Source: the human T2T-CHM13v2.0 reference genome, Homo sapiens. From it: DNA of 64,000 bases. Below the pieces are notes generated by a model. That model was given only the letters and a program-made list of their open reading frames with translations, had not been told where the DNA came from and ran no database searches. The position numbers and the translations under genes were made by a program. This document shows, in pieces, positions 53,245 through 64,000 of the stretch (its first letter is position 1; each line of letters starts with the position of its first letter). The DNA is taken from NCBI RefSeq assembly GCF_009914755.1, contig NC_060942.1. The stretch is one strand, 5' to 3'.

Positions 53245-56200
53245 CTTGTTTGTGATGTGTGCCTTCTACTGACACAGTTGAACCTTTCTTTTCATAGAGC
53301 AGTTTCGAAACACTCTTTTTGTAGAATCTGCAAGAGGATATTTGCATAGATTTGAGGATTTCGTGGGAAACGGGATTGTCTTCAGGTAAAATCTAGACAG
53401 AAGCATTCTCAGAAACTTCTTTGGGATGTTTGCATTCAAGTCACAGAGTAGAACATTCACTTTGGTAGAGCAGGTTTGAAACACTCTTTTTGTAGTGTGT
53501 GTAAGTGGACATTTGGAGCGCTTTCAGGCCTATGTTGGAAAGGGAAATATCTTCCCGTAACAACTAGGCAGAAGCATTCTCAGAAACTTATTTGAGATGT
53601 GTGTACTCAACTAAGGGAATTGAACCACCGTTTTGAAGGAGCAGTTTTGAAACACTCTTTTTCTGGAATCTGCAAGAGGATATTTGCCTAGCCTTGAGGA
53701 TTTCGTTGGAAACGGGATTGTCTTCAGATCAAATCTAGACAGAAGCATTCTCAGAAACTTCTTTGGGATGTTTGCATTCAAGTCACAGAGTAGAACATTC
53801 CCTTTGGTAGAGCAGGTTTGAAACAATCTTTTTTTAGTATATGGAAGTGGACATTTGGAGCGCTTTCAGGCCTACGTTGGAAAAGGAAATATCTTCCCAT
53901 AACAACTAGACAGAAGCATTCTCAGAAACTAGTTTCTGATATGTGTCCTCAACTAACACAGTTGAACATTTCTTTAGACAGAACAGTTTTGAAACACTCT
54001 TTTTGTGGAATCTGCAAGTGGCTATTTGGCTAGATTTGAGGATTTCGTTGGAAACGGGATTACATATAAAAAGCAGACAGCAGCATTCTCAGAAAGTTCT
54101 TTGTGATGATTGCATTCAAGTCACAGAATTGAACATTCCCTTTCACAGAGCAGGTTTGAAACACTCTTTTTGTAGTGTGTGTAAGTGGACATTTGGAGCA
54201 CTTTCCGGCCTAAGGTGAAAAAGGAAATATCTTCCCATAAAAACTAGACAGAAGCATTCTCAGAAACTTACTCGTGATGTGTGTCCTCAACTAAAGGAGT
54301 AGAACCTTTCTTTTCATAGAGAAGTTTTGAAACGCTCTTTTTGTGGAATCTGCAAGTGGATATTTGGCTAGTTTTGAGGATTTCGTTGGAAGCGGGAATT
54401 CATACAAATTGCAGACTGCAGCGTTCTGAGAAACATCTTTGTGATGTTTGTATTCAGGACACAGAGTTGAACATTCCCTATCATAGAGCAGGTTTGAATC
54501 ACTCCTTTTGTAGTATCTGGAAGTGGACATTTGGAGCGCTTTCAGGCCTATGTTGGAAAAGGAAATATCTTCCCATAACAACTAGACAGAAGCATTCTCA
54601 GAAACTTATTTGAGATGTGTGTACTCAACTAAGAGAATTGAACCACCGTTTTGAAGGAGCAGTTTTGAAACACTCTTTTTCTGGAATCTGCAAGTGGATA
54701 TTTGGCTAGCTTTGGGGATTTCGCTGGAAGCGGGAATACATATAAAAAGCACACAGCAGCGTTCTGAGAAACTGCTTTCTGATGTTTGCATTCAAGTCAA
54801 AAGTTGAACACTCCCTTTCATAGAGCAGTCCTGAAACACTCCTTTTGTAGTATCTGGAACTGGACTTTTGGAGCGCTTTCAGGGCTAAGGTGAAAAAGGA
54901 AATATCTTCCCATAAAAACTGGACAGAAGCATTCTCAGAAACTTGTTTATGCTGTATCTACTCAACTAACAAAGTTGAACCTTTCTTTTGATAGAGCAGT
55001 TTTGAAATGCTCTTTTTGTGGAATCTGCAAGTGGATATTTGGCTAGTTTTGAGGATTTCGTTGGAAGCGGGAATTCATACAAATTGCAGACTGCAGCGTT
55101 CTGAGAAACATCTTTGTGATGTTTGTATTCAGGACACAGAGTTGAACATTCCCTATCATAGAGCAGGTTGGAATCACTCCTTTTGTAGTATCTGGAAGTG
55201 GACATTTGGAGCGCTTTCAGGACTATGTTGAAAAAGGAAATATCTTCCCATAACAACTAGACACAAGCATTCTCAGAAACTTGTTTGTGATGTGTGCCCT
55301 CTACTGACAGAGTTGAACCTTTCTTTTCATAGAGCAGTTTTGAAACACTCTTTTTGTAGAATCTGCAAGAGGATATTTGCATAGCTTTGAGGATTTCGTG
55401 GGAAACGGGATTGTCTTCAGGTAAAATCTAGACAGAAGCATTCTCAGAAACTTCTTTGGGATGTTTGCATTCAAGTCACAGAGTAGAACATTCCCTTTGG
55501 TAGAGCAGGTTTGAAACACTCTTTTTGTAGTATCTGGAAGTGGACATTTGGAGCGCTTTCAGGCCTATGTTGGAAAGGGAAATATCTTCCCGTAACAACT
55601 AGGCAGAAGCATTCTCAGAAACTTATTTGAGATGTGTGTACTCAACTAAGAGAATTGAACCACGGTTTTGAAGGAGCAGTTTTGAAACACTCTTTTTCTG
55701 GAATCTGCAAGAGGATATTTGCCTAGCCTTGAGGATTTCGTTGGAAACGGGATTGTCTTCAGATCAAATCTGGACAGAAGCATTCTCAGAAACTTCTTTG
55801 GGATGTTTGCATTCAAGTCACAGAGTAGAACATTCCCTTTGGTAGAGCAGGTTTGAAACACTCTTTTTTTAGTATATGGAAGTGGACATTTGGAGCGCTT
55901 TCAGGCCTACGTTGGAAAAGGAAATATCTTCCCATAACAACTAGACAGAAGCATTCTCAGAAACTAGTTTCTGATGTGTGTCCTCAACTAACACAGTTGA
56001 ACATTTCTTTAGACAGAACAGTTTTGAAACACTCTTTTTGTGGAATCTGCAAGTGGCTATTTGGCTAGATTTGAGGATTTCGTTGGAAACGGGATTACAT
56101 ATAAAAAGCAGACAGCAGCATTCTCAGAAAGTTCTTTGTGATGGTTGCATACAAGTCACAGAATTGAACATTCCCTTTCACAGAGCAGGTTTGAAACACT

Positions 56201-59200
56201 CTTTTTGTAGTGTGTGTAAGTGGACATTTGGAGCACTTTCCGGCCTAAGGTGAAAAAGGAAATATCTTCCCATAAAAACTAGACAGAAGCATTCTCAGAA
56301 ACTTACTCGTGATGTGTGTCCTCAACTAAAGGAGTAGAACCTTTCTTTTCATAGAGAAGTTTTGAAACGCTCTTTTTGTGGAATCTGCAAGTGGATATTT
56401 GGCTAGTTTTGAGGATTTCGTTGGAAGCGGGAATTCATACAAATTGCAGACTGCAGCGTTCTGAGAAACATCTTTGTGATGTTTGTATTCAGGACACAGA
56501 GTTGAACATTCCCTATCATAGAGCAGGTTTGAATCACTCCTTTTGTAGTATCTGGAAGTGGACATTTGGAGCGCTTTCAGGCCTATGTTGGAAAAGGAAA
56601 TATCTTCCCATAACAACTAGACAGAAGCATTCTCAGAAACTTATTTGAGATGTGTGTACTCAACTAAGAGAATTGAACCACCGTTTTGAAGGAGCAGTTT
56701 TGAAACACTCTTTTTCTGGAATCTGCAAGTGGATATTTGGCTAGCTTTGGGGATTTCGCTGGAAGCGGGAATACATATAAAAAGCACACAGCAGCGTTCT
56801 GAGAAACTGCTTTCTGATGTTTGCATTCAAGTCAAAAGTTGAACACTCCCTTTCATAGAGCAGTCCTGAAACACTCCTTTTGTAGTATCTGGAACTGGAC
56901 TTTTGGAGCGCTTTCAGGGCTAAGGTGAAAAAGGAAATATCTTCCCATAAAAACTGGACAGAAGCATTCTCAGAAACTTGTTTATGCTGTATCTACTCAA
57001 CTAACAAAGTTGAACCTTTCTTTTGATAGAGCAGTTTTGAAATGCTCTTTTTGTGGAATCTGCAAGTGGATATTTGGCTAGTTTTGAGGATTTCGTTGGA
57101 AGCGGGAATTCATACAAATTGCAGACTGCAGCGTTCTGAGAAACATCTTTGTGATGTTTGTATTCAGGACACAGAGTTGAACATTCCCTATCATAGAGCA
57201 GGTTGGAATCACTCCTTTTGTAGTATCTGGAAGTGGACATTTGGAGCGCTTTCAGGACTATGTTGAAAAAGGAAATATCTTCCCATAACAACTAGACACA
57301 AGCATTCTCAGAAACTTGTTTGTGATGTGTGCCCTCTACTGACAGAGTTGAACCTTTCTTTTCATAGAGCAGTTTTGAAACACTCTTTTTGTAGAATCTG
57401 CAAGAGGATATTTTCATAGCTTTGAGGATTTCGTGGGAAACGGGATTGTCTTCAGGTAAAATCTAGACAGAAGCATTCTCAGAAACTTCTTTGGGATGTT
57501 TGCATTCAAGTCACAGAGTAGAACATTCCCTTTGGTAGAGCAGGTTTGAAACACTCTTTTTGTAGTATCTGGAAGTGGACATTTGGAGCGCTTTCAGGCC
57601 TATGTTGGAAAGGGAAATATCTTCCCGCAACAACTAGGCAGAAGCATTCTCAGAAACTTATTTGAGATGTGTGTACTCAACTAAGAGAATTGAACCACGG
57701 TTTTGAAGGAGCAGTTTTGAAACACTCTTTTTCTGGAATCTGCAAGAGGATATTTGCCTAGCCTTGAGGATTTCGTTGGAAACGGGATTGTCTTCAGATC
57801 AAATCTAGACAGAAGCATTCTCAGAAACTTCTTTGGGATGTTTGCATTCAAGTCACAGAGTAGAACATTCCCTTTGGTAGAGCAGGTTTGAAACACTCTT
57901 TTTTTAGTATATGGAAGTGGACATTTGGAGCGCTTTCAGGCCTACGTTGGAAAAGGAAATATCTTCCCATAACAACTAGACAGAAGCATTCTCAGAAACT
58001 AGTTTCTGATGTGTGTCCTCAACTAACACAGTTGAACATTTCTTTAGACAGAACAGTTTTGAAACACTCTTTTTGTGGAATCTGCAAGTGGCTATTTGGC
58101 TAGATTTGAGGATTTCGTTGGAAACGGGATTACATATAAAAAGCAGACAGCAGCATTCTCAGAAAGTTCTTTGTGATGGTTGCATTCAAGTCACAGAATT
58201 GAACATTCCCTTTCACAGAGCAGGTTTGAAACACTCTTTTTGTAGTGTGTGTAAGTGGACATTTGGAGCACTTTCCGGCCTAAGGTGAAAAAGGAAATAT
58301 CTTCCCATAAAAACTAGACAGAAGCATTCTCAGAAACTTACTCGTGATGTGTGTCCTCAACTAAAGGAGTAGAACCTTTCTTTTCATAGAGAAGTTTTGA
58401 AACGCTCTTTTTGTGGAATCTGCAAGTGGATATTTGGCTAGTTTGGAGGATTTCATTGGAAGCGGGAATTCATACAAATTGCAGACTGCAGCGTTCTGAG
58501 AAACATCTTTGTGATGTTTGTATTCAGGACACAGAGTTGAACATTCCCTATCATAGAGCAGGTTTGAATCACTCCTTTTGTAGTATCTGGAAGTGGACAT
58601 TTGGAGCGCTTTCAGGCCTATGTTGGAAAAGGAAATATCTTCCCATAACAACTAGACAGAAGCATTCTCAGAAACTTATTTGAGATGTGTGTACTCAACT
58701 AAGAGAATTGAACCACCGTTTTGAAGGAGCAGTTTTGAAACACTCTTTTTCTGGAATCTGCAAGTGGATATTTGGCTAGCTTTGGGGATTTCGCTGGAAG
58801 CGGGAATACATATAAAAAGCACACAGCAGCGTTCTGAGAAACTGCTTTCTGATGTTTGCATTCAAGTCAAAAGTTGAACACTCCCTTTCATAGAGCAGTC
58901 CTGAAACACTCCTTTTGTAGTATCTGGAACTGGACTTTTGGAGCGCTTTCAGGGCTAAGGTGAAAAAGGAAATATCTTCCCATAAAAACTGGACAGAAGC
59001 ATTCTCAGAAACTTGTTTATGCTGTATCTACTCAACTAACAAAGTTGAACCTTTCTTTTGATAGAGCAGTTTTGAAATGCTCTTTTTGTGGAATCTGCAA
59101 GTGGATATTTGGCTAGTTTTGAGGATTTCGTTGGAAGCGGGAATTCATACAAATTGCAGACTGCAGCGTTCTGAGAAACATCTTTGTGATGTTTGTATTC

Positions 59201-62200
59201 AGGACAGAGAGTTGAACATTCCCTATCATAGAGCAGGTTGGAATCACTCCTTTTGTAGTATCTGGAAGTGGACATTTGGAGCGCTTTCAGGACTATGTTG
59301 AAAAAGGAAATATCTTCCCATAACAACTAGACACAAGCATTCTCAGAAACTTGTTTGTGATGTGTGCCCTCTACTGACAGAGTTGAACCTTTCTTTTCAT
59401 AGAGCAGTTTTGAAACACTCTTTTTGTAGAATCTGCAAGAGGATATTTGCATAGCTTTGAGGATTTCGTGGGAAACGGGATTGTCTTCAGGTAAAATCTA
59501 GACAGAAGCATTCTCAGAAACTTCTTTGGGATGTTTGCATTCAAGTCACAGAGTAGAACATTCCCTTTGGTAGAGCAGGTTTGAAACACTCTTTTTGTAG
59601 TATCTGGAAGTGGACATTTGGAGCGCTTTCAGGCCTATGTTGGAAAGGGAAATATCTTCCCGTAACAACTAGGCAGAAGCATTCTCAGAAACTTATTTGA
59701 GATGTGTGTACTCAACTAAGAGAATTGAACCACGGTTTTGAAGGAGCAGTTTTGAAACACTCTTTTTCTGGAATCTGCAAGAGGATATTTGCCTAGCCTT
59801 GAGGATTTCGTTGGAAACGGGATTGTCTTCAGATCAAATCTAGACAGAAGCATTCTCAGAAACTTCTTTGGGATGTTTGCATTCAAGTCACAGAGTAGAA
59901 CATTCCCTTTGGTAGAGCAGGTTTGAAACACTCTTTTTTTAGTATATGGAAGTGGACATTTGGAGCGCTTTCAGGCCTACGTTGGAAAAGGAAATATCTT
60001 CCCATAACAACTAGACAGAAGCATTCTCAGAAACTAGTTTCTGATGTGTGTCCTCAACTAACACAGTTGAACATTTCTTTAGACAGAACAGTTTTGAAAC
60101 ACTCTTTTTGTGGAATCTGCAAGTGGCTATTTGGCTAGATTTGAGGATTTCGTTGGAAACGGGATTACATATAAAAAGCAGACAGCAGCATTCTCAGAAA
60201 CTTCTTTGTGATGATTGCATTCAAGTCACAGAATTGAACATTCCCTTTCACAGAGCAGGTTTGAAACACTCTTTTTGTAGTGTGTGTAAGTGGACATTTG
60301 GAGCACTTTCCGGCCTAAGGTGAAAAAGGAAATATCTTCCCATATAAACTAGACAGAAGCATTCTCAGAAACTTACTCGTGATGTGTGTCCTCAACTAAA
60401 GGAGTAGAACCTTTCTTTTCATAGAGAAGTTTTGAAACGCTCTTTTTGTGGAATCTGCAAGTGGATATTTGGCTAGTTGTGAGGATTTCGTTGGAAGCGG
60501 GAATTCATACAAATTGCAGACTGCAGCGTTCTGAGAAACATCTTTGTGATGTTTGTATTCAGGACACAGAGTTGAACATTCCCTATCATAGAGCAGGTTT
60601 GAATCACTCCTTTTGTAGTATCTGGAAGTGGACATTTGGAGCGCTTTCAGGCCTATGTTGGAAAAGGAAATATCTTCCCATAACAACTAGACAGAAGCAT
60701 TCTCAGAAACTTATTTGAGATGTGTGTACTCAACTAAGAGAATTGAACCACCGTTTTGAAGGAGCAGTTTTGAAACACTCTTTTTCTGGAATCTGCAAGT
60801 GGATATTTGGCTAGCTTTGGGGATTTCGCTGGAAGCGGGAATACATATAAAAAGCACACAGCAGCGTTCTGAGAAACTGCTTTCTGATGTTTGCATTCAA
60901 GTCAAAAGTTGAACACTCCCTTTCATAGAGCAGTCCTGAAACACTCCTTTTGCAGTATCTGGAACTGGACTTTTGGAGCGCTTTCAGGGCTAAGGTGAAA
61001 AAGAAAATATCTTCCCATAAAAACTGGACAGAAGCATTCTCCTAAACTTGTTTATGCTGTATCTACTCAACTAACAAAGTTGAACCTTTCTTTTGATAGA
61101 GCAGTTTTGAAATGCTCTTTTTGTGGAATCTGCAAGTGGATATTTGGCTAGTTTTGAGGATTTCGTTGGAAGCGGGAATTCATACAAATTGCAGACTGCA
61201 GCGTTCTGAGAAACATCTTTGTGATGTTTGTATTCAGGACAGAGAGTTGAACATTCCCTATCATAGAGCAGGTTGGAATCACTCCTTTTGTAGTATCTGG
61301 AAGTGGACATTTGGAGCGCTTTCAGGCCTATGTTGAAAAAGGAAATATCTTCCCATAACAACTAGACACAAGCATTCTCAGAAACTTGTTTGTGATGTGT
61401 GCCCTCTACTGACAGAGTTGAACCTTTCTTTTCATAGAGCAGTTTTGAAACACTCTTTTTGTAGAATCTGCAAGAGGATATTTGCATAGCTTTGAGGATT
61501 TCGTGGGAAACGGGATTGTCTTCAGGTAAAATCTAGACAGAAGCATTCTCAGAAACTTCTTTGGGATGTTTGCATTCAAGTCACAGAGTAGAACATTCCC
61601 TTTGGTAGAGCAGGTTTGAAACACTCTTTTTGTAGTATCTGGAAGTGGACATTTGGAGCGCTTTCAGGCCTATGTTGGAAAGGGAAATATCTTCCCGTAA
61701 CAACTAGGCAGAAGCATTCTCAGAAACTTATTTGAGATGTGTGTACTCAACTAAGAGAATTGAACCACCGTTTTGAAGGAGCAGTTTTGAAACACTCTTT
61801 TTCTGGAATCTGCAAGAGGATATTTGCCTAGCCTTGAGGATTTCGTTGGAAACGGGATTGTCTTCAGATCAAATCTAGACAGAAGCATTCTCAGAAACTT
61901 CTTTGGGATGTTTGCATTCAAGTCACAGAGTAGAACATTCCCTTTGGTAGAGCAGGTTTGAAACACTCTTTTTTTAGTATATGGAAGTGGACATTTGGAG
62001 CGCTTTCAGGCCTACGTTGGAAAAGGAAATATCTTCCCATAACAACTAGACAGAAGCATTCTCAGAAACTAGTTTCTGATGTGTGTCCTCAACTAACACA
62101 GTTGAACATTTCTTTAGACAGAACAGTTTTGAAACACTCTTTTTGTGGAATCTGCAAGTGGCTATTTGGCTAGATTTGAGGATTTCGTTGGAAACGGGAT

Positions 62201-64000
62201 TACATATAAAAAGCAGACAGCAGCATTCTCAGAAAGTTCTTTGTGATGATTGCATTCAAGTCACAGAATTGAACATTCCCTTTCACAGAGCAGGTTTGAA
62301 ACACTCTTTTTGTAGTGTGTGTAAGTGGACATTTGGAGCACTTTCCGGCCTAAGGTGAAAAAGGAAATATCTTCCCATATAAACTAGACAGAAGCATTCT
62401 CAGAAACTTACTCGTGATGTGTGTCCTCAACTAAAGGAGTAGAACCTTTCTTTTCATAGAGAAGTTTTGAAACGCTCTTTTTGTGGAATCTGCAAGTGGA
62501 TATTTGGCTAGTTTGGAGGATTTCGTTGGAAGCGGGAATTCATACAAATTGCAGACTGCAGCGTTCTGAGAAACATCTTTGTGATGTTTGTATTCAGGAC
62601 ACAGAGTTGAACATTCCCTATCATAGAGCAGGTTTGAATCACTCCTTTTGCAGTATCTGGAAGTGGACATTTGGAGCGCTTTCAGGCCTATGTTGGAAAA
62701 GGAAATATCTTCCCATAACAACTAGACAGAAGCATTCTCAGAAACTTATTTGAGATGTGTGTACTCAACTAAGAGAATTGAACCACCGTTTTGAAGGAGC
62801 AGTTTTGAAACACTCTTTTTCTGGAATCTGCAAGTGGATATTTGGCTAGCTTTGGGGATTTCGCTGGAAGCGGGAATACATATAAAAAGCACACAGCAGC
62901 GTTCTGAGAAACTGCTTTCTGATGTTTGCATTCAAGTCAAAAGTTGAACACTCCCTTTCATAGAGCAGTCCTGAAACACTCCTTTTGTAGTATCTGGAAC
63001 TGGACTTTTGGAGCGCTTTCAGGGCTAAGATGAAAAAGAAAATATCTTCCCATAAAAACTGGACAGAAGCATTCTCAGAAACTTGTTTATGCTGTATCTA
63101 CTCAACTAACAAAGTTGAACCTTTCTTTTGATAGAGCAGTTTTGAAATGCTCTTTTTGTGGAATCTGCAAGTGGATATTTGGCTAGTTTTGAGGATTTCG
63201 TTGGAAGCGGGAATTCATACAAATTGCAGACTGCAGCGTTCTGAGAAACATCTTTGTGATGTTTGTATTCAGGAGAGAGAGTTGAACATTCCCTATCATA
63301 GAGCAGGTTGGAATCACTCCTTTTGTAGTATCTGGAAGTGGACATTTGGAGCGCTTTCAGGCCTATGTTGAAAAAGGAAATATCTTCCCATAACAACTAG
63401 ACACAAGCATTCTCAGAAACTTGTTTGTGATGTGTGCCCTCTACTGACAGAGTTGAACCTTTCTTTTCATAGAGCAGTTTTGAAACACTCTTTTTGTAGA
63501 ATCTGCAAGAGGATATTTGCATAGCTTTGAGGATTTCGTGGGAAACGGGATTGTCTTCAGGTAAAATCTAGACAGAAGCATTCTCAGAAACTTCTTTGGG
63601 ATGTTTGCATTCAAGTCACAGAGTAGAACATTCCCTTTGGTAGAGCAGGTTTGAAACACTCTTTTTGTAGTATCTGGAAGTGGACATTTGGAGCGCTTTC
63701 AGGCCTATGTTGGAAAGGGAAATATCTTCCCGTAACAACTAGGCAGAAGCATTCTCAGAAACTTATTTGAGATGTGTGTACTCAACTAAGAGAATTGAAC
63801 CACCGTTTTGAAGGAGCAGTTTTGAAACACTCTGTTTCTGGAATCTGCAAGAGGATATTTGCCTAGCCTTGAGGATTTCGTTGGAAACGGGATTGTCTTC
63901 AGATCAAATCTAGACAGAAGCATTCTCAGAAACTTCTTTGGGATGTTTGCATTCAAGTCACAGAGTAGAACATTCCCTTTGGTAGAGCAGGTTTGAAACA
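53245..64000 (+). repeat. Canonical 12-monomer HOR domain (A-F-B-C-D-E, 2035 bp), ~5.3 copies
   Basis: Dimer A starts at 53245, 55280, 57315, 59350, 61385 and 63420, an exact 2035-bp spacing. Dimer F (gcctagccttgagg...cagatcaaatc...tttttagtatatggaag) occurs only here. Confidence 0.95.

Larger units (their letters stand above)
1..64000 (+). repeat. D18Z1: Alpha-satellite (alphoid) centromeric HOR array, dimeric organisation (suprachromosomal family 2-like), probably human chr18 D18Z1
   Basis: The monomer motif cattctcagaaact / cgttctgagaaac recurs every ~170 bp with no interruption, and CENP-B-box monomers alternate with box-less monomers. The 12-mer period is 2035 bp. EcoRI sites at 54396, 55071 and 56431 give 675 and 1360 bp fragments, matching the recalled 0.68/1.36 kb chr18 alphoid units. 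The alphoid call is certain; the chromosome call is from memory. Confidence 0.85.

Noticed and set aside
9-63659. Hundreds of 60-122 aa ORFs on both strands
   Set aside because: They recur with the satellite period, overlap in several frames, often start at TTG/GTG and show no recognisable domain. They are chance open frames in alphoid DNA.
1-64000. CRISPR-like repeat/spacer array
   Set aside because: The sequence between conserved motifs is itself homologous monomer, there are no unique spacers, and there are no cas genes.
1-64000. Inversion or L1/Alu insertion
   Set aside because: All monomers read in the same orientation, and I saw no non-alphoid sequence, poly-A tail or target-site duplication.

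Overview
The whole 64 kb window is primate centromeric alpha-satellite DNA: ~171-bp monomers, all in one orientation, arranged as ~340-bp dimers with a CENP-B box in every second monomer. I found no genes, transposons or unique sequence, and all ORFs in the track are repeat artefacts. From ~53.5 kb to the end it is a regular 12-monomer, 2035-bp higher-order repeat (HOR). Its EcoRI sites alternate at 675/1360 bp, which fits the human chromosome 18 array D18Z1 (recalled, not searched). I label its six dimers A-F-B-C-D-E by their first bases: A cttgtttgtgat; F cttatttgagat..gcctagcc; B ctagtttctgat; C cttactcgtgat; D cttatttgagat..ttcgctgg; E cttgtttatgct. The first ~53.5 kb is a distinct domain that lacks dimer F and is made of deletion variants: 10-mer (1693 bp), 6-mer (1018 bp), 4-mer (679 bp) and 2-mer (342 bp). 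These were re-amplified as super-units (3 x 3732 bp) and as block duplications 6.8/7.1 kb and 11.2 kb apart. The domain also carries a clonally spread hybrid dimer with a broken CENP-B box, small conversion-like patches and one 27-bp tandem duplication. The interest lies in array architecture and evolution; I see no support for a new gene system.
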